A DNA stretch of 63,546 nt from a virus. Its lineage: Duplodnaviria > Caudoviricetes. How positions within the stretch are numbered: position 1 is the stretch's first letter; every line of letters starts with the position of its first letter. A program made the translations under genes and the position numbers. Below, in pieces: positions 9,451-18,539 of this stretch. The notes below the pieces were generated by a model. It worked only from the letters and a program-made list of their open reading frames with translations. It ran no database searches and was not told the origin of the DNA. Location: positions 1 to 63,546 of the IMG/VR virus record IMGVR_UViG_3300020122_000568; one strand, written 5' to 3'.

Positions 9451-9628
9451 TTCTCAGAGACGGTATCTGTTTTGAAGACTGGGCCCAGCACCAGCTCAGG
9501 ACGCGCTTCCATGATGGTAACTACCGGTCTATTCTCGGATTCCGACGGGAGAGGGAATTGGCGGAGATTGCAGAAGTCGGCCAAAGTCGTCCTCGGGGAC
9601 ATTGTTGGCCCGTCACGAAACCCGTCAC
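9408..9628. mobile_element. attP: four CCCGTCAC arm-type direct repeats (9408, 9422, 9609, 9621) around a tRNA-Sec core
   Basis: Two pairs of identical 8-mers flank a tRNA fragment right after int. Confidence 0.8.
9469..9510 (-). tRNA. selC: Partial tRNA-Sec (5' half through the UCA anticodon loop); att homology segment
   Basis: Minus strand GGAAGCGCGTCCTGAGCTGGTGCTGGGCCCAGT-CTTCAAA-AC resembles the bacterial selC 5' half; 3' half absent. Confidence 0.8.
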
Positions 9629-9716
9629 GCTCGTCTGTTGATCCATGACGGCGAGCGTAGCCGAAACGCATCACCACTGCGAGGCCTGCCAATGGGCAGC
9701 CAAGGAGAGAGCGCGA

Positions 9717-9851
9717 ATGAAGCCGAAGAAGACGAGCAAGAAGGTCACGAAGACGACGGCGGGCAAGACGACGAAGGCGAAGTGGGGCCTTCGAAAAGAT
9801 GGCAAGCCGAAGAAGAAGCCGGGGCCGCGCGCGAAGAAGGTCGCGCCATGA
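9717..9851 (+). CDS. Small Lys-rich (histone-like) basic protein
   Basis: MKPKKTSKKVTKT...GLRKDGKPKKKPGP; RBS AAGGAG. Confidence 0.6.
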   Translation: MKPKKTSKKVTKTTAGKTTKAKWGLRKDGKPKKKPGPRAKKVAP

Positions 9852-10144
9852 AGCTCCGCCCGCTCAATGACATCGTCATGGTGCAGCGCAAGCCGAAGGA
9901 GGAGCGCTCGGCGGGCGGGATCGTGATCCCCGAGAACGCGCAGGAGAAGACGACGACCGGGATCGTGATGGCCGTCGGTCCGGGCGCGGTGGACGATCGA
10001 GGCGAACGGCGCGCCATCGACGTCCGCGTGGGCGACGAGATTTTGTTCGGTCGCTACGCCGGGACGGAGGTGCAGATTAGCGGCGAGGACTTCGTGATGC
10101 TGCGCGAGACGGAGATCTTCGGCGTCGTCGGCACCAAGCAGTAG
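9848..10144 (+). CDS. groES: Co-chaperonin GroES
   Basis: MKLRPLND..SAGGIVIP..AVGPG..VGDEILFGRYAGTEV..LRETEIFG. Confidence 0.95.
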   Translation: MKLRPLNDIVMVQRKPKEERSAGGIVIPENAQEKTTTGIVMAVGPGAVDDRGERRAIDVRVGDEILFGRYAGTEVQISGEDFVMLRETEIFGVVGTKQ

Positions 10145-10657
10145 CAGCACGCGGCGGCGGCGCGGAAGCGTCGCAGTCGCCCCAAGGAGGTTCGATGCGC
10201 TTGTGCAAGTGTGGTCAGCCATCGGAACTGACGCATTCATGCGGGCTTGCGCCACCGCCGCTGCAGGGTCAGGCCGCATGGAAGCCCGCGAGGCTGTGCT
10301 CTGCGCATTGCTGGCATCCGAAGGCGTGGGAAGGGGGCTTCGTGTGCTGTTTCTGCGGCGAGACGAAACGACTTCCAGGGCATGGGCCCTATGCACCATG
10401 AGGAGGACCGAATGAGCAGCATGGGCAGTATGGCCGCGCTGTCCGCGGCGGCGCGGGAGACGGTAGCGGCGATGGCGGTCGTCGTCGAGTGCACGCGTCG
10501 TCTCGTGCCGCTGGCGAAGAACACGATCGACCTCGACGCGGTGGGCGCGCTGGTTCAGATCGTGGCGCGCGTGCATCACCACCTCGACGAGCAGCGCGAG
10601 AAGTGGGAACAGCGCGCCAAGCAGAGGGCGTCGAGACGGTAAACGAAGGGAGCGATA

Positions 10658-11479
10658 ATGGAGGAGGCAACGCAGGAGAATGAATTTCGTCGCTGGGCAT
10701 CGATCGAGCGCCTGGAGCAAATGGTCTCGATCACTGAGAAGGTCCACGGCTCCAACGCCCAGATCCTCGTGACCGAGACCGAGGTGCGGGCAGGCTCGCG
10801 CGAGCGTTGGCTCGACCGCATCCAAGACAACTACGGATTCTGCGCGCACGTCACCGAACACGCCGACGAGATCCGCGCCCTGCTCGGACTCGGGCGCCAT
10901 TACGGAGAGTGGTACGGCGCCGGAATCAACTCCGGCTACGGCCTGAAAGAGAAGCGCCTCGCCCTGTTCGACACGCGATGGGCCGACAAGCCGCGCCCAT
11001 CGTGGTGCGATGTCGTGCCGGTGATCTACCGTGGCCTGTACTACCCGGCTGCGCTCTCCGAGGCGATGGAAAAGCTGAAGACGGGCGGCTCGGTCATCCA
11101 GCCGGGTTTCATGGGCGCCGAGGGCGTGGTCGTTCGATTCGAGCGGTCGGGCGTGCTCATGAAGCACGTGTTCGCGTTGGAGGACACCGCGTGGCGGAAG
11201 GGCTATCGCGATCCTGAGACGAAGAACGCCGAGCGCGAGGCGAAGAACGCGCTGATCGCCGAACTGGGCGCGAAGTATCTTCAGCCGATCCGCCTGGAGA
11301 AGCTGTTGAGCAGCGACGAGCAGTACCGCATCGGCTACCCGCAAACGCTGCCACAGATCGTCAAGCTCTACTGCGCCGACCTTGAGCGGGAGACTCCAGA
11401 CTTGGATCCCGAGGCGTGGAAGGCGGCGAAGAAGACGCTGTTCCATTTCGTTCGCAGCCAGATCGAAGGACAGCGGTAG
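10658..11479 (+). CDS. RNA ligase (Rnl2-like nucleotidyltransferase)
   Basis: TEKVHGSNA motif I, GSR, YGEWYG, LFD, EGVVVR. Confidence 0.85.
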   Translation: MEEATQENEFRRWASIERLEQMVSITEKVHGSNAQILVTETEVRAGSRERWLDRIQDNYGFCAHVTEHADEIRALLGLGRHYGEWYGAGINSGYGLKEKRLALFDTRWADKPRPSWCDVVPVIYRGLYYPAALSEAMEKLKTGGSVIQPGFMGAEGVVVRFERSGVLMKHVFALEDTAWRKGYRDPETKNAEREAKNALIAELGAKYLQPIRLEKLLSSDEQYRIGYPQTLPQIVKLYCADLERETPDLDPEAWKAAKKTLFHFVRSQIEGQR

Positions 11480-11647
11480 CCATGGAAGTCGCCCGTCAAC
11501 GCGTCTCGCTATGGCTGTCGCGTCTGGAGTGGTTCCGCATCGCCCGCTCGCTCGGCGTGCGCGACGATGAGGAGACCAACGCCTACTTCGCGATGATGGA
11601 CGGCGAGCAGCGACGTAGAGCGTTGCGGCGCGTGTGGTTCAACTGAC

Positions 11648-12547
11648 GTGCTGGCGATCAGTCGCGACGGCACCGTGCGCGAGGTCGACTGGCCGATTAA
11701 CAGGCTGCATGTGGAACGCGTAGAACGCGTATCACTGCAGCGTGGATTCGATCTCACGGCGACTAGCGACGACCGTCCGCTCGCCTACGAATCCCAGTAC
11801 TACCTGCACCGCATGCCCGACTACGTGTTCGTTGAGGCAGGCATGCCACTGAGCGTCGCCAACGGCGTCTTGCGCACAGTCATGCGCCTCAGCCCCGCCG
11901 AGACGGTGCAAGACGCCGCCCGTGACGCTCTCTCGGTTTACATCAACGCACGCATGTCTCCGCGTCTGCTGCAGGAGATGACCGCGTACCTGCACAGCAT
12001 GGGCGTCGTGGAAGATGAGCGTCGTCCGGGCGGCGTCCGGCTCGTCGGCCGCCAAGAGGCAGAGCAGCGATTGATGGACCTCGCGCGCGACGAAAGCGAT
12101 CGTTGGGCGCGCGCTCAGTCGTATGGACGCACGCCGCGCGAGATGGAGCTCGAAGACGAGGTAAGGCGGCTGCGCCATCAGGCATGGAACGCCGAGATGA
12201 ACGCAATCGGCGCATCCATGGAGCGGGTGAAATCCATGAACGACGAACTCGCACGCCTGCGCGAGGAGAACATCCGCCTGCGCTCGTGGCGCTTCGGCCG
12301 CGGCGTCCCGCACAGGCTGGCGCTGCCGCAGTTCTCCGAGGCGTTCCCGCAGCAGCACGGCCGCTGGAGATGGCTGGAGGTTGACGGGGAGGCCCGCAAG
12401 TCGCCACCGATGGCGGAGCCGCGGCCGCGGGCGATTGCCGACGACGATGGACGCGAGGCATGCGCCGGGTGCCGCGGGCCGCTGCATTGCGGGCGGTGCT
12501 ATGCGTGCCGGCCGCTGACAAGGATGGAACAGGTGGAGGTGGATTGA
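11648..12547 (+). CDS. Hypothetical protein (coiled coil, C-terminal Cys cluster)
   Basis: Long ORF in operon. Confidence 0.55.
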   Translation: MLAISRDGTVREVDWPINRLHVERVERVSLQRGFDLTATSDDRPLAYESQYYLHRMPDYVFVEAGMPLSVANGVLRTVMRLSPAETVQDAARDALSVYINARMSPRLLQEMTAYLHSMGVVEDERRPGGVRLVGRQEAEQRLMDLARDESDRWARAQSYGRTPREMELEDEVRRLRHQAWNAEMNAIGASMERVKSMNDELARLREENIRLRSWRFGRGVPHRLALPQFSEAFPQQHGRWRWLEVDGEARKSPPMAEPRPRAIADDDGREACAGCRGPLHCGRCYACRPLTRMEQVEVD

Positions 12548-12737
12548 TGGGAATGAAGGTCCGCGCAGACAGCCACCTGCCGCTGTGGCGTCAGTCGATC
12601 AACCGTTGGCCCGCCGACCGTCGGGAAGCGTGGGAGCACTTGGCGGCGAAGTTGGAATACGAGGCCGCCGACTTCTACCCGACGCGCGAGGCGGCGGAGA
12701 AGGCAGCGTGGGAAGTGCTCGCGGTGGAGGTATCGCG

Positions 12738-13202
12738 ATGACCGTCGACATCGACAAGCTCGAAGAATTGGCGCGCGCGGCGCCGTCGTCTGACTGGTAC
12801 GTCGAAGAGGAGCCCGACGAACAGGGCAGGACCATAGTGTACATGCCGCCAGGGGAAGCGTCATACATCGCCGCCACTGATCGAAAAGTCGTGCTCGAGC
12901 TGGTGCAGCGCCTGCGCGCGGCCGAGGGCACGGACGAGCCCGGCTATCACGCCGAGATGGCGATGAGCCGCGAGGACGCCGAAGCCGTACAGAATTGGGC
13001 CAAGGACGCGGCAGTGCGGCAGCGACTGGCGCTACTCGAGGCGATCGTGCGCGACCTGGCGGCGAAGGAACCGGCGGTCTACTTCCCGATGGGTGGCGAC
13101 TGGGCATGCGTACTGTGCTCTGACAGCGTGAAGCGCGTATCAGATCCGATGCTGCACGACATCGAATGCCCGTACCGCCGCGCCGTCGAGGCGATTCGGT
13201 GA
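12738..13202 (+). CDS. Hypothetical protein (Ea22/ead-like N-terminus)
   Basis: IDKLEELARAA..W...ASYIAATDRKVVLELVQRL. Confidence 0.6.
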   Translation: MTVDIDKLEELARAAPSSDWYVEEEPDEQGRTIVYMPPGEASYIAATDRKVVLELVQRLRAAEGTDEPGYHAEMAMSREDAEAVQNWAKDAAVRQRLALLEAIVRDLAAKEPAVYFPMGGDWACVLCSDSVKRVSDPMLHDIECPYRRAVEAIR

Positions 13203-13483
13203 ACACCTGCGGCACGTGCAAGCACTGGGGCAGGCCGGGAGACGTTGGCGAAACGTTCCGCCCGTGCCGAGCTGTCATCCATGACAGCAGAGACTGCACC
13301 GGCTCCTCCGGAGATGAGTTCATGACGGACGAACCGATCGACGATTGGGAGCGGAGAAAACGAGAAGAGGTGATCGCCATTCGCAAACAGAAGGCGGTCG
13401 TTAAGGATGGATCGGGTTACTTCGCCGCGCTGAAGACGCGGCATGACTTCGGCTGTGTGCTATGGACGGAGTCGACACGGTGA
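13199..13483 (+). CDS. Cys-containing hypothetical protein
   Basis: TCGTCKHW...DFGCVLW. Confidence 0.6.
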   Translation: MNTCGTCKHWGRPGDVGETFRPCRAVIHDSRDCTGSSGDEFMTDEPIDDWERRKREEVIAIRKQKAVVKDGSGYFAALKTRHDFGCVLWTESTR

Positions 13484-13801
13484 GCTATCGAGAGAGCGAA
13501 GCGCCAACGGCGCCCGATATCGTTCGGTGCCTTCATTGCGGACAGCCGCACCGCGACGACGATCTCGATCACGTAGCGGAGGACGGGAGCACTTGTTACT
13601 TCGCTGACCGCGTCGAGGCGATGCGATGAACGAAGACTTTCCGCCATGCCCGTACTGCGAGCATCCGATGCTCGTCCTCGACACCGCCGCCTCCGTCGCC
13701 GAATGTCACATGTGCGAAGCGTGCAAGGGAGCGACGGTGACGCCATTCGCGTATCCCGATGAGATCGAGATCAACATCGGATTCTCTGACGAGGATACGC
13801 G

Positions 13802-14023
13802 ATGAAACTACGCGTGCGCTGCACCTTCGAGATCGACGTGGACGTTCCAGACGACGAGGACTACGACGCCATCTTCGACATCGAAGACAATCATTGTCCA
13901 GGAACGGGCATCGTCGGCGCAGCGCTCGAACGCGTGATGGCCGATCACGAGGAGACAAGAACGTGTTGGGCCTGTGCGCTGGGAGGCAAGTGCCAGATCG
14001 TGGATGGGGGAGGGGTTGATTGA
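13802..14023 (+). CDS. Hypothetical protein
   Basis: RBS GAGGA; HCPGTG motif. Confidence 0.55.
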   Translation: MKLRVRCTFEIDVDVPDDEDYDAIFDIEDNHCPGTGIVGAALERVMADHEETRTCWACALGGKCQIVDGGGVD

Positions 14024-14296
14024 TTGCCCGGACGGGCGAGGGATGATACGAGAGGCGGGATGAGAGTCGGAAGGGCCTATTTCGAGCACAGTTACTACGG
14101 GTGCGAGAGCGGTTGCTGTGGCTGCCGCATCATCGTCGAGTTACCCGATGGCACGGAGAAGTCCTGGTTCGATTTCAGTCACGATGACGACGCCGCCGAG
14201 GAAGAAGCACGTACACGAGCCGCTGAATTCGGAGTGCCACATGAAGAGGAGCCCGGAGAGCGCGAGAAGCTGAAGACCTGTTGGTGACCGGCGCGC

Positions 14297-14812
14297 TTAG
14301 TAACCAACGGCAAATTGTAGGTGCATGGCGTCAGGCTTCTGCCACCGCCCGCCCCACACCCATCCGCGGCGCTCGAACTCGGCGATCCATGCCGCTGGGA
14401 TGTCGTAGCGCAGGACGCCGTCCATCGACAGCGGGTTCGCGTCAGGGTTGAGGTCGACCGCGATCCCCCACGAATGCGTCGACAGGTCGCCGTTGACGCG
14501 CTTGGGCCGCGGCGCGAAGCAGGCGAGTGAGACGATTCGATAGCCGTCGCCGAGCGCGATGCACGCTTCGAACGCGTCCAGCAAGACGGCCTTGACCTGC
14601 GCGTTGACGTAGAGCCGCCCTTTCGGCATCCACGGCGCGAACGCAACGGCCATGTTCGCGTCTTCCCAGCCCGGCGTGGTCACACGACCGCCCGCGACCT
14701 GGATATCGCCGTAGCGCGCGACGAGCTCGGCGCGGCCCCGCGGCGGCGCGAACCATCCGGGGATGGCCGAGACGAGCAAGGGATCGATGGGCGTGAGCGG
14801 GGGCGCGTTCAT
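14297..14812 (-). CDS. Endolysin, M15 family peptidase
   Basis: PRPKR..LSTHSWGIAVDLN..WGGRW..PDAMHLQ. Confidence 0.9.
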   Translation of the reverse strand: MNAPPLTPIDPLLVSAIPGWFAPPRGRAELVARYGDIQVAGGRVTTPGWEDANMAVAFAPWMPKGRLYVNAQVKAVLLDAFEACIALGDGYRIVSLACFAPRPKRVNGDLSTHSWGIAVDLNPDANPLSMDGVLRYDIPAAWIAEFERRGWVWGGRWQKPDAMHLQFAVGY

Positions 14813-15177
14813 CGGCACACCGCCGGCTCGTCTCCTTCGCTCCAGCACACGCGGCCGCGAAGAGCGTCGATCATCGGGAACTCGGCGAGGTAGCGCTCTT
14901 CGCCGTGCGCGCGCACGCACGGCGCCCATCGGTGCGTCCCTGGCCATTGCGCGCTGCCGTTGATGGCGCTCGGTTCGCACCGCACGTGGACGATGGCGTC
15001 GTGGTCGGTCGGGTTGTGCGCGACAACGATGGTGCCGGCACGACCGTCCGCGAACCAGGCAGCGGGCGAACCTCCGACGGTGACCGCGAACGGCTCAACA
15101 GGGCGATCGGACACGTACGGCAGCGACGGAGCGCACGAAGCGACGGCGACCGCTAGGAGCAGCGCGCGCGTCAGCAT
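14809..15177 (-). CDS. Putative lipoprotein (possible o-spanin)
   Basis: LLLAVAVASC lipobox next to endolysin. Confidence 0.55.
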   Translation of the reverse strand: MLTRALLLAVAVASCAPSLPYVSDRPVEPFAVTVGGSPAAWFADGRAGTIVVAHNPTDHDAIVHVRCEPSAINGSAQWPGTHRWAPCVRAHGEERYLAEFPMIDALRGRVCWSEGDEPAVCR

Positions 15178-15476
15178 GGCTCTTTCTCCTCGTGCTCGCA
15201 CAGCGGGCACAGCGAGCGGTCGGCGTCGTCGGTGAAGAACGAACGGCCGCATCGCGCGCACTCGACGCGGTAGACACGCCGCCAAGGCCACGACTCAGGC
15301 ACCAGCGCGCTCCTTCTCGTAGCAGTGGACGCAGAGGCGCCGGTCGTCGGTGTCGATCATCAGCATCTCGCGACACGCCATGCAGCGGCAGAGGTCGCAG
15401 TCGTAGAGGGCCACGCGATCGTTCTGCGTCTGGACCGCGATCGTGCAGCGGTCGCAGATCGCAACGAGGTGAACCA

Positions 15477-16160
15477 TCAGCCGCCCGCGCGCTCCGCGCA
15501 CGAAGTCGCCTTCGCCGCTGCCGCCGGGTGCGCCATCAGGAACAGGTTCGCGCCGTCATGCGCAGCCTTCAGCGTCGACGGCGCCGCCGCATCGGGCACG
15601 GCCCCGCCGCTCGGCACGCTGGGCAGCGGGTGCGTCGCCTGCCACGCCTTGACCGCGCACGCGACCAGGAACTCGCCGTCGGTGCCGGCGTAGACCAGGG
15701 CTTCCAGCGCCGCCGCTACGGGGCCTGCCGCGGCCGCCGTGGCCATGACCGCCTCGACCTGCTGCGGAATCTTCTGCGCCGCCGCTGGGAGCGCCGCCGC
15801 CGCCTCGGTCTTCAGGCACGCCTTGTAGGCCTTGCCGTAGGGCGTCGCGCAACTCGAGAGCAGCGGGATGAGCATCAGCGGCAGGAGCGCGCCAGCGGGC
15901 GGGCCGGGAGGCAGTGCGAGGCCCTTGGGCTGAGAGGCGAGGCCCGGGAGCGACAGCCATCCGCCGGCGATGCCCGTCTTGCCGTGCTCGGCGACCCAGG
16001 ACAGGCGGTCGGCAACGCGGCCGAGCTTGGCGCCGGCGTCGGGAGAGATGGCGCCGATCTGCGTCAGCACGTTGCGAACGGTGCCGAGGATGGTCGCGGC
16101 GGCGGCGAGCAAGGCGAGGGCCTGCCCCCAGTGGGCTTGCGCCCAGAGTACGTAGTGCAT
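15477..16160 (-). CDS. Membrane protein (holin/spanin candidate)
   Basis: Two hydrophobic segments, lysis-module position. Confidence 0.5.
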   Translation of the reverse strand: MHYVLWAQAHWGQALALLAAAATILGTVRNVLTQIGAISPDAGAKLGRVADRLSWVAEHGKTGIAGGWLSLPGLASQPKGLALPPGPPAGALLPLMLIPLLSSCATPYGKAYKACLKTEAAAALPAAAQKIPQQVEAVMATAAAAGPVAAALEALVYAGTDGEFLVACAVKAWQATHPLPSVPSGGAVPDAAAPSTLKAAHDGANLFLMAHPAAAAKATSCAERAGG

Positions 16161-16178
16161 GGTCGTCTCCTTGCTGGT

Positions 16179-16511
16179 TCAGCCACGGCCGTATTCGAGG
16201 CGCAGCCAGGCGGTGATGTTGTCGACGTCGTGGCGCAGCTGGCGCACGGCGGCTTCGAGGTCGGCGAGGCGAGAGCGGTCAGTGCGCGGCGCGGCCGCGG
16301 CGAGTTGGCGGTTGGCCTCGTCGATGTCGCGCGCCGGGTCTACGAGCGGCATCGGCCCCGAGTCGTCCCATGGCGACGGCGGGAGCGCATCGGGCGCGCG
16401 CGCTGGCGATGTGAGCGCTACGACCGCAGGATCGTCGGGCGACAGCGGGCGCAGGTCGGGACGCGTCCACGGGGTCACGGGCGGCGTCTCGTCTGCGTCG
16501 CGGCGCTTCAT
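16179..16511 (-). CDS. Hypothetical protein
   Basis: ATGA-coupled ORF. Confidence 0.55.
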   Translation of the reverse strand: MKRRDADETPPVTPWTRPDLRPLSPDDPAVVALTSPARAPDALPPSPWDDSGPMPLVDPARDIDEANRQLAAAAPRTDRSRLADLEAAVRQLRHDVDNITAWLRLEYGRG

Positions 16512-16906
16512 CGGCCGGCCAGGTGGCGGACGATGGCTCCGATGATGGCGCCGCCGATGGTCAGCGCCGCCACGATCAGCTTGTCGCGGATCTTCTTCTT
16601 CGCGTCGCCACCGCCGCGCAACTGCAACGCGAAGCTCGCGGTGATGCGATCGTCTTCCGACGCTGCCTTCACGAGCGCCTGACGTCCATCGCGAAGCTGT
16701 GCGAGAACGGCGCGGTTCTCGGCGAGCGCATCTTGCATCTCGCGGCGGGAGCGTGCGTCGAGGCTGTGGCTGGCGGAGATGATGCGCACGAGGCGTTCGA
16801 TCTGCATGACGGCCTGCGCGCTGAGCCCGGCGATGCGGTCGATCTTGCTGTCGAGGTCAGCGGGCGCGGGCGGGCTGGAGCGCGGCGTCTCGTCCTTCGT
16901 GCTCAT
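16508..16906 (-). CDS. Coiled-coil protein with C-terminal TM (holin-like)
   Basis: RBS AGGAG; LIVAALTIGGAIIGAIV. Confidence 0.55.
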   Translation of the reverse strand: MSTKDETPRSSPPAPADLDSKIDRIAGLSAQAVMQIERLVRIISASHSLDARSRREMQDALAENRAVLAQLRDGRQALVKAASEDDRITASFALQLRGGGDAKKKIRDKLIVAALTIGGAIIGAIVRHLAGR

Positions 16907-16994
16907 CGCGTTGCTCCTGCTCCTGGCGTTCAAATGCGTCGACGGTGCGCGCGAGACTCGCGACCGCCTGTTCGAGTTCGTCCATCGGTTGCTC

Positions 16995-18536
16995 CTAGTG
17001 AACGACGAAGTTGTCCCAGCGCGCGAGACCGGTGCGGCTGCAGTCATTCGAGCTCGCGAATCCGATTCCGGGCGCGCCGTGCAGCGTCGCATCGGTCGTG
17101 CTCAGCTTGGCGACGTCGTCGAGGTAGATCGTGATGACGTCGCCGACGACGGTGGCGCGCAATCGATGCTGTCCTTTGGCCTGCCCGCCGATCGCGGCGA
17201 CCGGGTGCCACGCGCCGTCGAGGAAGTATGCAAGACCGACGTAGCCGCCATACCACGGGTCCCACGTCCACGTCGCGATCCACCACGACGCCGAATCGCG
17301 CACGCGGAACGCCACCGACGTATCGCCGCTGCCCCATGTGCCGAGTCGACCGTCGACGCTGACGTCTTGGTCGCCGGCAAGGCGCGGATCGCTGACCCAC
17401 GCCACGCACGGGACCTGCTCCAAGAACGCGGCCGCGCCGTTGAGGATGCCCCACGACGATGGGAAGTGTCCGCCGGCGACGCATCCCTGTTGCCACGTCA
17501 GCGGACCGATAGAGCCGCCCTCCGTCGATCCGAGCGATGGCGCGTTGAAATAGGCGTAGGTCTGGTCGTCGCGATTGAAGCTATCGCAGACGCGCGCGCC
17601 CGCAGGACACGCTGCCGGCGTCAACCCGCGCGAGCCCGGCTCCGGCGGAATCACCGCGCCGAATGGGTGATCAGTCGTCGTCACCCACTGCGGCGGCACG
17701 CCAACTGGCGGCTCGGTTGCCTGTCCGTAGACGGTGCCGAGCGCGTCGTTGTCGGGACGTCCCGGGTGATGCACGCGCGGGCCGGTCGTGTCGCCGCCGT
17801 TGTAGCCGTCGCTGAGGTCAGCAATGATCGTCGCCGGCACCGTGTAATCGACGAGCAGGTCGGGCACGCGTCCGAAGCCGGTATCGTCGTTGGTGCTGTA
17901 GAGTCGTTCGGGCACCCAGGCTTGAATCCCCGTCGGAAAGAACGTCGCTTGATCGTAGACGCGCAGCTGCGCAAGGAGACCCGACCACGAGATATGATTC
18001 GAGCCGCCGACGTACAACACGCCCGCGCCCCATCCGCTCGGCGGCTCCGTGCGAGTGCCGGCCTGCTGCACCATTCCACATGGGATGCCGTCGACACGCG
18101 TGACCGCGATCGGATTGCCGGTGGCGTCGTTCTGCAGAGACCAGCTGAGCTCGAACCACCTCGACAGCACGCCGTCGTCGCATCCAAAGGAGACGCTGCC
18201 GCTGCCGGTCCAGTAGTTGCCGGCGCCGAGGCCTGACAGAAGCAGCGCGTGCGCGCCGCCGTAGCCGTCGCTGATGAGGTACCCCGACGGCGATGCGGGA
18301 TCGTTGCGAATCCACGCTTGCCACGTCGCCGCGGTGCCAAGACTGGCGGACGGCGCCCAGAACGTGCCGTGGTTGACGTGCTGGGTCCCGCCGTCGGGAG
18401 TGGACGAGCCGAGCAACTGAAGAAATGCCTTCGGCGCCGTGGTCGACGTCGAGCGACCCGCCTGCGCGTCGATGCGCGCGATAGGTTGCGGCGCGCAGCC
18501 GGCGAGGAGCGCTGCGAGGAGCAGAGACAAGCGCAT
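16995..18536 (-). CDS. Lipoprotein with LamG/concanavalin-like beta-sandwich domains
   Basis: LLAALLAGC lipobox; WQAWIR..VDG..LYVGG..WSGLLAQLRVYD; CDSFNR..WDNFVV. Confidence 0.7.
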   Translation of the reverse strand: MRLSLLLAALLAGCAPQPIARIDAQAGRSTSTTAPKAFLQLLGSSTPDGGTQHVNHGTFWAPSASLGTAATWQAWIRNDPASPSGYLISDGYGGAHALLLSGLGAGNYWTGSGSVSFGCDDGVLSRWFELSWSLQNDATGNPIAVTRVDGIPCGMVQQAGTRTEPPSGWGAGVLYVGGSNHISWSGLLAQLRVYDQATFFPTGIQAWVPERLYSTNDDTGFGRVPDLLVDYTVPATIIADLSDGYNGGDTTGPRVHHPGRPDNDALGTVYGQATEPPVGVPPQWVTTTDHPFGAVIPPEPGSRGLTPAACPAGARVCDSFNRDDQTYAYFNAPSLGSTEGGSIGPLTWQQGCVAGGHFPSSWGILNGAAAFLEQVPCVAWVSDPRLAGDQDVSVDGRLGTWGSGDTSVAFRVRDSASWWIATWTWDPWYGGYVGLAYFLDGAWHPVAAIGGQAKGQHRLRATVVGDVITIYLDDVAKLSTTDATLHGAPGIGFASSNDCSRTGLARWDNFVVH

Positions 18537-18539
18537 CGG

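Noticed and set aside
9469-9510. Complete functional phage tRNA-Sec
   Set aside because: Anticodon 3' strand, variable arm, T arm and acceptor 3' strand are absent
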